DNA of 40,289 nt from Candidatus Thorarchaeota archaeon (GCA_048882045.1 JBHLRZ010000029.1:1-40289); one strand, 5' to 3'. Positions 28,721 through 38,376 are shown, counted from the first letter of the stretch. Numbers and translations: made by a program. The notes: generated from the letters alone by a model not told the origin.

Positions 28721-30297
28721 GGAACACCTCCGAGTATGAAGGCAACGATTGTTTCTGTGAAGCCAAGGACAAGATCTGGCCAGACACCCAAAAGGATGAC
28801 TGGAATCATCATCAGTATTGGAGCAATGAGGTCACTCCATGGTGCCTCGGTTACTTCTTTCTCAGGGTCGGGATCACTGAACACAATGCGATTCAACATC
28901 CAGAGAATGTAGCCCACTGTGATGAAGATTCCAAACGTGATGATACCTGCCCAGAGGTAGACGACCACTGAACCAAAAAGGACCAGTGCCTCTGCTATGA
29001 ATCCGCTGAAGCCGGGTAGGCCAAACGCAGCGAATGCAGCGAGTATAAGGACTGCTGACATCCTTGGAGCTTTTGTCATGAGACCCTGGATATCAGGGAG
29101 CTCTCTTGTGCCTGCTGTGTACTTCAGCTGTCCAGCCATGATAAACATCACTGAGATGATTGTGCCGTGACTGAACATCATGAATATCGAGCCTTGAATT
29201 GCTAGATGTGATGCTGCAACAATATTGGGATATAGAACAGGATCCAACCCGATTCCAACTGAACCTACCGCAACCCCAAGAAGTACCCAAGACATATGAT
29301 TGATTGAAGTGTACGCAACGAGACTTTTCAGGTCTGTCTGGGCCATTGCTGTAAAAGCTGCATAGATGCATGTGAAGATGGCTAGGGCGGCAAATGGGAT
29401 GCTCAGCCGGGCAAAGGAGTCTGGAATCAACCATAGTCCTAGACGGATGAAGGTATATCCGCCCATTTTCAGCAGGATACCTGCGAGTATCACAGACCCT
29501 GGCGTAGGAGCCTTTACATGAGCCCATGGAAGCCAGTTGTGCAGCGGAAACACAGGGAGCTTGACTCCAGCCCCCATGAATATGCCTAATGTAAAGCCAA
29601 TCTGTATCATCGGAGCTAGTGTTGGAATAGAATCTCTGAGGGCAATCATGCTGAATGTGTATGTCCCTGTTGATTCTCCTGCAAAGAGGTAAATCATGAA
29701 GAAGGCAACCAACATGACTGCTGAACCAAGATGGGTATAGATGAAGAACTTGACAGCAGCATGCTCACATCCTTCCTCACCCCATCGACCGATAATGAAG
29801 AACATCGGTATCAAGACCAGCTCCCAGAAAATGAAGAAACCGATCAAATCGAGTGACATGAAGACACCCATGAGGCCTGTCTGCAATAGAAGGAACAGCG
29901 AGTAATAGAGACCCTCTGATTTGTGAATGTGGTTTGAACTCAAGGCTGCGATGAAGACCACGAGATTGGACAGGAGTATCATTATGACAGAAAGACCGTC
30001 TACTCCTAGTGTGAACTGAAATACAGTATCACCTACTCCGATTGGAATCGTTGCTATGACAAAGTCTCTGAGGAAGTTCATTCCAGCATCAGTCGGGAAT
30101 AGACTGACATTGATCCCAAGAACCAAGATTACAGACAGACCCAATTCTAAGAAGGTCACAAGCAGTGTGATTGCTCTCGCACCCTTCCCTCCAGCAAAAT
30201 ACGCGATGAGCGCAGCTACCAGTGGCAGGATGAGCATGAATGCAAGTGGTCCGAAGGGTAATTGTGACAATAGGTTAACAGCGAAGTCCATCTGCAT
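28717..30297 (-). CDS. nuoM: Complex I-like antiporter subunit M (canonical)
   Basis: LGVDGLS, FFIFWELVLIPMF, AAVKFFIYT, VKLPVFPLHNWLP.AH..APT.GSVILAGILLKMGGY, AYTSINHM, GLPGFSGFIAE. Confidence 0.92.
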   Translation of the reverse strand: MQMDFAVNLLSQLPFGPLAFMLILPLVAALIAYFAGGKGARAITLLVTFLELGLSVILVLGINVSLFPTDAGMNFLRDFVIATIPIGVGDTVFQFTLGVDGLSVIMILLSNLVVFIAALSSNHIHKSEGLYYSLFLLLQTGLMGVFMSLDLIGFFIFWELVLIPMFFIIGRWGEEGCEHAAVKFFIYTHLGSAVMLVAFFMIYLFAGESTGTYTFSMIALRDSIPTLAPMIQIGFTLGIFMGAGVKLPVFPLHNWLPWAHVKAPTPGSVILAGILLKMGGYTFIRLGLWLIPDSFARLSIPFAALAIFTCIYAAFTAMAQTDLKSLVAYTSINHMSWVLLGVAVGSVGIGLDPVLYPNIVAASHLAIQGSIFMMFSHGTIISVMFIMAGQLKYTAGTRELPDIQGLMTKAPRMSAVLILAAFAAFGLPGFSGFIAEALVLFGSVVVYLWAGIITFGIFITVGYILWMLNRIVFSDPDPEKEVTEAPWSDLIAPILMMIPVILLGVWPDLVLGFTETIVAFILGGVP

Positions 30298-30298
30298 C

Positions 30299-32605
30299 TT
30301 ATATCACTCCTAATGCGATCAATGAGAGTATAATGAGTATTCCAATTCCGAACATCACAACACTGACATAGTCGTTGACTCTTCCAGTCTGGGTCTCTGA
30401 TAGACCAGCTTCAGAAGCGCGGACACTCCGAGTTGAGATTCCCTCGGCGAAACCATCGACTATGTTGTCGTCAACCCATCGTACTTTAGTTGAGATGGCA
30501 ACAGCAGCATCTGCTGACTTGAAGTCAATGCCATCGATTATCTTGTCGTCTACTCTGTACTTGTACCACTCAGCAAACCGTAGGAACCTTCTGAGGAACC
30601 AATGATAACCTTCGTTGATGTACCATCGATGTTTGAGGAAGTTGTAGATCCTTCGACGAATACCTGTTTCACCAACAAAGGTGTTCGGTTTGTCAGAATT
30701 TTTGATGTACATCCAGTAGCCAGGAACTCCACCCGCTAGAAGAGCCAATATCGTAATGGCAAAGGGTGGGAAGCCATCTGGGCTAAACTTGACAGTAAGC
30801 ATGTGAACGATGATGTATTCATATGAGTGAGTGTCGTTGATTGCTATCTGCTGGATGACTGGGAATATCAGGAATGCAAAAAATGTGAATACCACTAGTA
30901 GATACAATGGTATCATCATTGCCGGGCCTGGATCGTGAGGAGTCTGATGATGGTCATCATGGTGTTCCTCCATATCATGGTGCACCTCTTCATCATGGTG
31001 TTCCTCCTCATCGTGTGACTCGGACTCATACTCTTCATGGGATTCATGTGAGCCACCATTGGAGGGACCATAGAATGTGATGCCCATCAGCCTGAGGCTA
31101 TAGAATATGGTACAGGCAGCTGCGAGTATAGCAAAGAAGAACAGCAACCAACCAATAGGGTTAACCCAGTTAGCTGCGAGTTCGTAGGTATATTCTATAA
31201 TCGAGTCCTTGGACCAGAAACCTGAGAAGGGAGGGATACCAGCCAGTGCTAAAACACCAACCCACATGACAGCCCAAGTCTTCCTCATGTGCTTTTTGAG
31301 ACCGCCCATCTTCGAGATGTACTTCGTATGTACCGCATGTATCACTCCACCGGAAGCAAGGAACAGGAGCGCCTTGAAAGCACCGTGTGCAACTACATGC
31401 ATGACACTACTCAGGTATGCATGGTCATAGCCCAGATGGTTGACCTCCATGAGACCTCCAACTCCGAGTGCCAAGATCATGTAACCGAGCTGTGATAGTG
31501 TCGAGAAGGCAAGAATCTGCTTGAGCTCGTTGGACACCATTCCCATAGTTGCAGTCATGATGGCTGTGAAACCACCAATGATCGCCACAATGATGAAGAA
31601 CGTGAATGCAGCCTCGAAACCAACGAGCTGCGCAGCGCTGAATCCATGTTCTCCCCCTTCACCACCAGTTGCGCCTGACGCGCTAAGCATGGTCAGCAGG
31701 AACCTTGCAGTAATGTAGACTCCAGCCTTGACCATGGTTGCGGCGTGAATCAGAGCTGAAACGCTTGTCGGACCTGCCATAGCTTCAGGCAACCAGACCT
31801 GAAGGGGAGCCTGACCAGACTTACCAATAGCACCCATGAATATCAGGATGAACACTGGAACAAGTAGACCAAATCCGGCCATAAGACCCCACCAGTCATT
31901 ACTGTTCTGTGCGATACCTGTAAGGCTGGTTGTACCCAGGGTTGTACTCTCGAACATGAAGGTTCCAGTGAAGACGAAGAGGAGTAAGATTCCTCCAAGC
32001 ATGAATGCGTCTCCAATCCTGGTGACGATGAACGCCTTGGTTCCGCAGTAGCTGTTGTACGCTCCTTCAGTCTTGAAGCGAAGTAGCGGATTCTTTTGTT
32101 CGTATCCTGTGGGATCTTCCTCAGGTGGATTCCTCTTGTCGTTCCAGAATCCAATCAGACCATAGCTGCAGAAGCCCATAATCTCCCAGCCAATAAAGCC
32201 GATCAGCAAGTTGTTGCTGAGGACAAGAGTGAGCATACCACCACCAAAGGCTAGCATCAGGAAGAAGAACCGACTGCGGTCTTCCTCATGTGCCATATAC
32301 TCAGTCGAGTAGACATAGATCAGGAAACATAAGGTGCTGGCAAGTATAGCCATTATGACTGACAGCGAGTCCAAGAGAATACCAAATGGTACTTCGAGCA
32401 CTCCGGGAATGTTGATCCAAATCCAAGTAGGATTGCCATGGCCAATGTCAGGAAGTAATGACCAACAGAATATCATAGTGATACCCATGAAGATAGCTGG
32501 AAGCCAATCCCTGAGACGAGCACTGTATCTACCTGCAAGAGGTACTAGTAGTGAACCGCCTAGGGGAATGATAAGGATGATATATTCTGGTAGACCGAAC
32601 AGCAT
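30299..32605 (-). CDS. nuoL: Complex I-like antiporter subunit L with extended lateral helix
   Basis: GWEIMGFCSYGLIGFW, KAFIVTRIGD, GKSGQAPLQVWLPEAMAGPTSVSALIHAATMV, HGAFKALLFL, GFWSKD, C-terminal QTGRVNDY. Confidence 0.93.
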   Translation of the reverse strand: MLFGLPEYIILIIPLGGSLLVPLAGRYSARLRDWLPAIFMGITMIFCWSLLPDIGHGNPTWIWINIPGVLEVPFGILLDSLSVIMAILASTLCFLIYVYSTEYMAHEEDRSRFFFLMLAFGGGMLTLVLSNNLLIGFIGWEIMGFCSYGLIGFWNDKRNPPEEDPTGYEQKNPLLRFKTEGAYNSYCGTKAFIVTRIGDAFMLGGILLLFVFTGTFMFESTTLGTTSLTGIAQNSNDWWGLMAGFGLLVPVFILIFMGAIGKSGQAPLQVWLPEAMAGPTSVSALIHAATMVKAGVYITARFLLTMLSASGATGGEGGEHGFSAAQLVGFEAAFTFFIIVAIIGGFTAIMTATMGMVSNELKQILAFSTLSQLGYMILALGVGGLMEVNHLGYDHAYLSSVMHVVAHGAFKALLFLASGGVIHAVHTKYISKMGGLKKHMRKTWAVMWVGVLALAGIPPFSGFWSKDSIIEYTYELAANWVNPIGWLLFFFAILAAACTIFYSLRLMGITFYGPSNGGSHESHEEYESESHDEEEHHDEEVHHDMEEHHDDHHQTPHDPGPAMMIPLYLLVVFTFFAFLIFPVIQQIAINDTHSYEYIIVHMLTVKFSPDGFPPFAITILALLAGGVPGYWMYIKNSDKPNTFVGETGIRRRIYNFLKHRWYINEGYHWFLRRFLRFAEWYKYRVDDKIIDGIDFKSADAAVAISTKVRWVDDNIVDGFAEGISTRSVRASEAGLSETQTGRVNDYVSVVMFGIGILIILSLIALGVI
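30452..30553 (-). repeat. 78-nt (26-codon) period tandem duplication in the nuoL lateral-helix region
   Basis: accatcgactatgttgtcgtcaac (30452-30475) vs gccatcgattatcttgtcgtctac (30530-30553), 20/24 identical; they encode VDDNIVDG and VDDKIIDG. Confidence 0.85.
30954..31007 (-). repeat. 3 x 18-nt tandem repeat in the His/acidic loop of NuoL
   Basis: tcatcatggtgttcctcc / atatcatggtgcacctct / tcatcatggtgttcctcc, encoding EEHHDE-EVHHDM-EEHHDD. Confidence 0.8.
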
Positions 32606-32616
32606 CTTGAATCACC

Positions 32617-34158
32617 TCATGGATAGAGTCCTATTCCGTTGACCGCCGGGACGATGACATCTAGTGCCAGTCCTGGGAATATTCCAAAGATTACAATGAG
32701 AATCCCGAGGATGATCATCGGAATGGTCATCGACCGAGAGGATTCTTTGACATTCTCCAGCTCCTCAGGATGAGGACCTAGGAAAACCTTCCAGAAGAAT
32801 CGTAACATGTATCCTGCACTCAGGATCGAGCTAGAGACTGCAAGGATTGAGAGGATGAGGAAGGGTAAATCAGTGCCTACAATAAGCAGAGATCCATCAT
32901 AGATGAAAGCGTGATCGAATCCGCCCAAGAACATCATCCACTCACTAGCAAATCCAGAGAGAGGAGGACTTCCTGCGATACTCATCATCCCAATTGCCGC
33001 AGCAAACGCTGTGATGGGCATCTTGTTCGAGAGACCTCCCATTTGAGATATGTCCCTCAGTCCAGTCTGATGGATGACAGCTCCAGCTGTCATAAACAAG
33101 AGACCCTTGGAGAAGGCATGATTGATCAGATGGAACATACCACCTGCGACACCATTTATTGTGAACACACCCAAAGCAAATAGCACGTAACCCATCTGGC
33201 TGACAGATGAGTAGGCCAGAAGTCTCTTGATGTCCCTCTGAGCCAAGGCCATGAAACCACCGTAGAACATGGTGATGACTCCGAGAGCAGCGAGCCCGAT
33301 TGCTAGTGCATCAGCGGCAGCATTCAGCGTGATGGTGCCAAAACGAACCAGAGCATAAGCACCTGTCTCAATCATAGCTCCAGACAAGAGTACCGAGATT
33401 GGAGTCGGAGCCTCAGCGTGAACAGGTGGTAGCCACCAATGAATCGGAAACACTGCCATCTTGACTAAGAACCCAGCTCCGAGAAGTATGAAGACAACCT
33501 TCAGTAAGGTGAGAACTTCTGCACTAGGAGCCACAAATGCTGCTCCGATGTTGGCTAGTACAAAGGAACCTGTCAAGGAATACATGATACCGAATCCAAC
33601 CAGAATAAGTACTGCTCCTGACTGGGTATATAGCCAGAACTTCATGGCTGTCCGTTTTCGAGTTTCAGGGAGTCCCCAGAAGAGAATCAAAAAGTAGCTC
33701 GGAACTAGCATCAATTCCCAAGCGATGAAAAATTCGATCACATTTGTTGCCATGGTCACCCATTGCATACCCATTATGAAGAAGAGTGTGTTAGCAAAGA
33801 AGGTGGGCCTGTTCTCAGAGTGCTCTGTATAGCCGACTGCATAGACTACTGAGAGAAATCCTAAGACAACTATTGCAAATGTGATTGGGAACGCTATTCC
33901 ATCCAGCAAGAGTCCAAATGGTTCCAGTAGTATAGACCAGACTGCATACTCAGTATATTCATACCCTGGACCACCTGTGAGTACCTTGTAGAAGGGATAG
34001 ACCATCAGGAGCATTGCAAAGAATGAGATACCCACTGCTACTTTACCAGCTGACTTTTCGAATGATCCCTTGAAGACATAGATGAGAAGACCACCAATGA
34101 ACAGCACAAAAAGAGATAGTGCTGCGAACGGGATGTTTTCAAGTGCTAGTATCTGCAT
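32617..34158 (-). CDS. Additional (fourth) antiporter-like subunit, NuoM/MrpD-like ('M2')
   Basis: FFIAWELMLVPSYFLI, AMKFWLYT, VKMAVFPIHWWLP.VHAEAPTPISVLLSG, DIKRLLAYSSVSQMGY, NHAFSKGLLF, AGSPPLSGFASE. Confidence 0.9.
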   Translation of the reverse strand: MQILALENIPFAALSLFVLFIGGLLIYVFKGSFEKSAGKVAVGISFFAMLLMVYPFYKVLTGGPGYEYTEYAVWSILLEPFGLLLDGIAFPITFAIVVLGFLSVVYAVGYTEHSENRPTFFANTLFFIMGMQWVTMATNVIEFFIAWELMLVPSYFLILFWGLPETRKRTAMKFWLYTQSGAVLILVGFGIMYSLTGSFVLANIGAAFVAPSAEVLTLLKVVFILLGAGFLVKMAVFPIHWWLPPVHAEAPTPISVLLSGAMIETGAYALVRFGTITLNAAADALAIGLAALGVITMFYGGFMALAQRDIKRLLAYSSVSQMGYVLFALGVFTINGVAGGMFHLINHAFSKGLLFMTAGAVIHQTGLRDISQMGGLSNKMPITAFAAAIGMMSIAGSPPLSGFASEWMMFLGGFDHAFIYDGSLLIVGTDLPFLILSILAVSSSILSAGYMLRFFWKVFLGPHPEELENVKESSRSMTIPMIILGILIVIFGIFPGLALDVIVPAVNGIGLYP

Positions 34159-34590
34159 CTAACGGGTCCTCCTTCCTCTCCACTCTAGTGGGTCTCTGTC
34201 GAGTGTTTCAATCTTGTCAGGTCCATATATCAGATCTTCACGGTCACCCTCACTAAGGTCAACAACAGGAGTGTGAAAGAGGGCATCAAACCTACAGGCT
34301 TGGACGCACAGACCACAGAAGATACAGCGTGTGTAGTCAAAGTATAGTGCTGCATCCTTCTCAAACATCTGGTCTTCCTTGTCTATCCGGATAGCCACGA
34401 CTGGACAGATTCGGACACATTGTGCACAAGCAGTGCATTTCTCTCGTACGTGTATATGTCTTCCACGAGTTCTCTCAGGATAGATCCTGTCCTCGAATGG
34501 AAAGAAGTAGGTGAATGGTCTCATGAATACCTGTCTGAAGGTGTGTTTCATGATTTTGTAAATATCGCCGAGAACACTGAAGAATCCCAT
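34159..34590 (-). CDS. nuoI: Complex I-like 2x[4Fe-4S] subunit I
   Basis: YPERTRG, CTACAQCVRICP and CIFCGLCVQACR. Confidence 0.92.
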   Translation of the reverse strand: MGFFSVLGDIYKIMKHTFRQVFMRPFTYFFPFEDRIYPERTRGRHIHVREKCTACAQCVRICPVVAIRIDKEDQMFEKDAALYFDYTRCIFCGLCVQACRFDALFHTPVVDLSEGDREDLIYGPDKIETLDRDPLEWRGRRTR

Positions 34591-34593
34591 TGT

Positions 34594-35760
34594 TTACCCG
34601 CCTCCTAAAAGTGGTATCATCAGTCCTGGCAGGTATACAATCGCCAGCATGATGAGTATGACGTTCAGTATTGCAAGTGGCATAAGATACCTCCAGCAGT
34701 AACGGACAATCTGGTCCTGTCTCAACCTCTGGAACGAGGAGCTCACCAGCACGAAGAAGAAGAACGTGACGATGAACTTGATTATGAAATTCACAGGGCC
34801 AGGAAGGAATGGCAGTCCATTAGGTCCTCCAAGGAAGAGGGCCACAATGAGTGCTGAGTAGAGCATCTGTTCTGCAAATTCTGCAAAATAGGTGAGCGTG
34901 AAATAGATACCAGTATATTCCGTCCTCCAACCAAAGATGATCTCTGAGTCAGCAACTGGAGCATCGAAGGGAAATATCCCCACAGAAGCTATTGCAGCAA
35001 CCAAGAAAGTAACTAGGTTGATCGGTAATAGTATACCAAACCAGACATTTGTCTGTGCCATAGTGATTTGGAAGACACTCAATGACTGAGCCAGAAAAGC
35101 AACACCAATGGTCGAGATGATCATTGGGATTTCAGCAGCAAACTGATTATTCGCCGCTCTGAAACCACCAATCAAGGTGTACTTCGAACCACTGACCCAG
35201 CCAGCAAGTAGAGCTACTACTGGAACTGCTGTAAGAAACGCAAACACAAGTACAAGACTGACTGACAGATCTGAAATTGCCCAACCGCCATCAACTGCTG
35301 AGGTAGTATCCCATGGAATGAAAGCAAAGGGTAGTAAAACTACGACGAGAAGAAGGCCAGGAAGGAATCTGAACATCCATCTCTTTGCGTTGTCAGGAAT
35401 GATGGTTTCTTTTGCTATCAGTTTGATAGCATCAGCGAACAGCTGTAAACCACCATACTTGCCCATATGTTGCGGACCACGTCTGTCCTGAATTCGGCCC
35501 CATAATTTTCTGGTCCCCCAGACGGCCCAAATCAGGGCAAGGACTACGAAGATTAGACCGGGGAATAGTACAGCTCTAAACAGGAAGAAGAACACATCAG
35601 GATTGAAAATCAATCCCCATGCCCAAGTGAAGACACCCCAAATCCACATGAAGATTCCAAAGATAATATCGTAAATGATATTGAGCACGTGCCAAATCCA
35701 TGCAGGAATTCCTTGCAACCATTGCCAGAAGTCGAACTGTAGTAGTATACCCGCGTTCAT
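34594..35760 (-). CDS. nuoH: Complex I-like membrane subunit H with Trp-rich N-terminal extension
   Basis: GRIQDRRGP, GLQLFADAIKLIAKE, SKYTLIGGFR, PFDAP..DSE..G..TEY.G, RLRQDQ...CWRYLMPL. Confidence 0.92.
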   Translation of the reverse strand: MNAGILLQFDFWQWLQGIPAWIWHVLNIIYDIIFGIFMWIWGVFTWAWGLIFNPDVFFFLFRAVLFPGLIFVVLALIWAVWGTRKLWGRIQDRRGPQHMGKYGGLQLFADAIKLIAKETIIPDNAKRWMFRFLPGLLLVVVLLPFAFIPWDTTSAVDGGWAISDLSVSLVLVFAFLTAVPVVALLAGWVSGSKYTLIGGFRAANNQFAAEIPMIISTIGVAFLAQSLSVFQITMAQTNVWFGILLPINLVTFLVAAIASVGIFPFDAPVADSEIIFGWRTEYTGIYFTLTYFAEFAEQMLYSALIVALFLGGPNGLPFLPGPVNFIIKFIVTFFFFVLVSSSFQRLRQDQIVRYCWRYLMPLAILNVILIMLAIVYLPGLMIPLLGGG

Positions 35761-36896
35761 CTATCCCACCATCCTGGATAGGGGTCAAGACTTCCAAATA
35801 TTACAATAAAGTCCGCAAACTTCGAACCTGGGACCAGGTCCTTCAATGCATAGTAGGATGCTATGCACGGTCCGCGAATCTTTGCTCGATATGCAGTCTG
35901 TGCCTTGTCGAGAGTCTTTAGCCAAAGTGAAGTGATACCCCTTGTACCTTCAATTCGAGCATAGGCCTCTCCTTCAGGCAGACGGTTTGCCTTAGCGCGA
36001 GCCTTTGGATCAATTATAGGTCCAGACTCTGGAAGCTGAGGTAATAATTGTTTGACAATCTCCACAGCGGTCTCTGCTTCTTTGAACCGCTGTTCCATGC
36101 GATCAAGAGCATCACTCTGTCCCGGATGCTCCGGATTCTCTGTGATTGGAACCTCCCAATCAACCATATCATACGCTAGGTTTGGATCAGGGTCATCTTT
36201 TCTCAAGTCCATAGGTACACCACATGCCTTGATCGGGGGACCACTGAGACCCCATTTCAGACCCTGTTTGTAATCATATAGACCAATGTCTTTTGTTCTC
36301 GCCCTGAAAGTAGGACTTCCCATTTGCATGTCTCTGAACTTTGGAAGTCGGTCCTCAAAGCGATCGATAGCACGGTGAAGCCTATTCATGAACTTGTCTG
36401 TGAAATCGTACTTTACACCACCAGGCGTGGAGTATGAAACAGTGTGACGGGATCCAGTGAGCTCCTCGAAGACATCAAGCGAATACTCTCTGTCAACCCA
36501 TGGCCAGAGTGCCATTGTGAAGAATCCGAGTTCAGCATTAAATTGGCCCCACCAAAATTGTATGCTGTGCATACGGGACATCTCCATCATGATGGTCCTC
36601 ATTATCTTTGCACGTTCAGGAACTTCAATCTCAGCAATCTTCTCAACTGCAGCAACATATGGATACTCAGCAAGGAATGCCTCAAGCATACACATCCTTT
36701 CCAAGACCAATGAACCCTGTCGAAAGTTCTTGAACTCAAGGACCTTTTCTGCAGACCTATGGAAGTAACCAGCGTTGGGGTCACATTCAACAACATAATC
36801 TCCAACCAAAGTCAACTTGGTCGCCCAACCGTGAGCTGAGACATGTTGCGGGCCAAACCAGATGTCCATAGATTCATCGAGGATGTCAGGACTCAC
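35757..36896 (-). CDS. nuoD: Complex I-like catalytic subunit D (non-[NiFe])
   Basis: FGPQHVSAHG, GYFHRSAEK, EVPERAK..R...EMSR..S, TGSR, PGGV, GLSGP, GEAYARIEGTRG, GSLD....DR; no CxxC pairs. Confidence 0.9.
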   Translation of the reverse strand: MSPDILDESMDIWFGPQHVSAHGWATKLTLVGDYVVECDPNAGYFHRSAEKVLEFKNFRQGSLVLERMCMLEAFLAEYPYVAAVEKIAEIEVPERAKIMRTIMMEMSRMHSIQFWWGQFNAELGFFTMALWPWVDREYSLDVFEELTGSRHTVSYSTPGGVKYDFTDKFMNRLHRAIDRFEDRLPKFRDMQMGSPTFRARTKDIGLYDYKQGLKWGLSGPPIKACGVPMDLRKDDPDPNLAYDMVDWEVPITENPEHPGQSDALDRMEQRFKEAETAVEIVKQLLPQLPESGPIIDPKARAKANRLPEGEAYARIEGTRGITSLWLKTLDKAQTAYRAKIRGPCIASYYALKDLVPGSKFADFIVIFGSLDPYPGWWDR

Positions 36897-37399
36897 TGGC
36901 TGTCACCTCCTTCTGGTTTGGGGCGTGGTTTTGGAGGAGCCATACCGGTATCATCTTCGCGACTCTGGTCTGGCTTGAACCGCTTACGCATTGGATATGC
37001 TCCATCAAGTTCGTCAGGGAGCAGAAATAGCCGAGGATCTGGATGATTCTTGAAATCGATACCAAACATCTCACGGACCTCTCGTTCATGCCATTCAAGC
37101 CCAGGAATGATGTCGCAGGAGCTTTCAATCTCAGGATTTTCTCCTTCAAGGAACACCCTTAGTTGGACCAGTGTCTTTGTGGCCCATGACCAGAAGAGGT
37201 AGATCAGATTATACTGGTCATTTTCAAGATCGATTCCAAAGACTGATTCAGGCATTGCATCTTCAAGTTCTTCTTCTATGATTGTGATGACATCACGAAT
37301 CTTCTCAGCAGGCACTATGAGCTCGATCTTGTTATCACCAAGAGGATTTGATGTCACTTCAGGTATCTTATTGATGACTGCTCTTCCAATCATAGACAT
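36893..37399 (-). CDS. nuoC: Complex I-like subunit C
   Basis: PGLEWHEREVREMFGIDFKNHPDPRLFLLP...YPMRK. Confidence 0.92.
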   Translation of the reverse strand: MSMIGRAVINKIPEVTSNPLGDNKIELIVPAEKIRDVITIIEEELEDAMPESVFGIDLENDQYNLIYLFWSWATKTLVQLRVFLEGENPEIESSCDIIPGLEWHEREVREMFGIDFKNHPDPRLFLLPDELDGAYPMRKRFKPDQSREDDTGMAPPKPRPKPEGGDSQ

Positions 37400-37711
37400 C
37401 TATGCAACCTCCCTATCGACCACTCTTCCTAGGTCAACTGAACCATAACGTCTGTTATACATCAGCATCAAGACAAGAGCCAAAGCGGTATGAGCAGCCG
37501 CCACTGAAATCACCAAGATAATCAACCCTTGGGCAGTCAGATTGAAAGTTGGACTATAGAGTGCAAATGCAACCAGCGCGATGTTGACGCCGTTCCCCAT
37601 TATTTCAGCACCTATTAGGATTCTAATGAGGTTCCGCTTGACCATCATTCCATATGCTCCTAGACCTATCAGTATGAATGCCACAACAAGATACCAAGAA
37701 AGTGGGACCAT
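37400..37711 (-). CDS. nuoK: Complex I-like subunit K
   Basis: 3 TMs, KRNLIRILIGAEIMGNG, SVAAAH.ALAL. Confidence 0.9.
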   Translation of the reverse strand: MVPLSWYLVVAFILIGLGAYGMMVKRNLIRILIGAEIMGNGVNIALVAFALYSPTFNLTAQGLIILVISVAAAHTALALVLMLMYNRRYGSVDLGRVVDREVA

Positions 37712-38376
37712 TATACATCCACCTCCTCAGGTTCTTCACCAGCATCTTCCTCATCAGCTGGTTCAGATTCTTGTTCTAGATCCGATTCCTCTGAATCAAC
37801 CTCAGCCTCGATGCCAAACTCACCTTGGATTGAACTGAGTTGTTCAGCCTTGTCCATCTTCAGAAGTGCTACAGCTCCAATTAAGGAAGTAATCATGATG
37901 ATGGCTATCATCTGTACTAGGAGGCCATTGTCAACCCATAGCCATTCCGCCAGTGCACCCAGGTCTTGAGAGAAGTCGACTACAACTTCATTGAATGACT
38001 CAGCCCATGGAAAAATGAGTGCAAGAATAGCTGAGAGAGTTGCTACGAGTCCGGCGAGTAGTTGTCCAGCCCTTCTCTTTCTCCCTGATGCAAACTCTTC
38101 AAGCGACGAGTCTTGAGCTCGAGGTAAGAGCAAGACACCAAATATGATGAGTGCGCTGATCCCTCCAGTGTATACTGCAATCTGCATTCCGGCAATGAAG
38201 GGAGCTTCAAGTAGTAGGAAGAACGCTGCCACAAACGAGGCCATAAAGCCAAAGAAGAAGGCAGCGTAAACGATTTCCTTATGTTCAAGTGCGAGATAGG
38301 CAAGAATAATGACAATCGCTGCAATCAGGATGAACTCCACTTGTTCAAATAATTGATAGACTGGATCTACCTGCAT
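37711..38376 (-). CDS. nuoJ: Complex I-like subunit J with acidic C-terminal tail
   Basis: LLLEAPFIAGMQIAVYTGGISALIIF, terminal TM SLIGAVAL. Confidence 0.9.
   Translation of the reverse strand: MQVDPVYQLFEQVEFILIAAIVIILAYLALEHKEIVYAAFFFGFMASFVAAFFLLLEAPFIAGMQIAVYTGGISALIIFGVLLLPRAQDSSLEEFASGRKRRAGQLLAGLVATLSAILALIFPWAESFNEVVVDFSQDLGALAEWLWVDNGLLVQMIAIIMITSLIGAVALLKMDKAEQLSSIQGEFGIEAEVDSEESDLEQESEPADEEDAGEEPEEVDV

Noticed and set aside
32617-34158. Extra subunit as a recent duplicate, assembly artefact or part of a separate Mrp antiporter
   Set aside because: It is highly diverged from the neighbouring nuoM, abuts nuoI directly, no mrpB/E/F/G genes are present, and the NuoL helix extension matches an added subunit.
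35757-36896. Group 4 [NiFe]-hydrogenase large subunit
   Set aside because: Only one of the four metal-ligating Cys positions is present; no small subunit or maturation genes are in the window.
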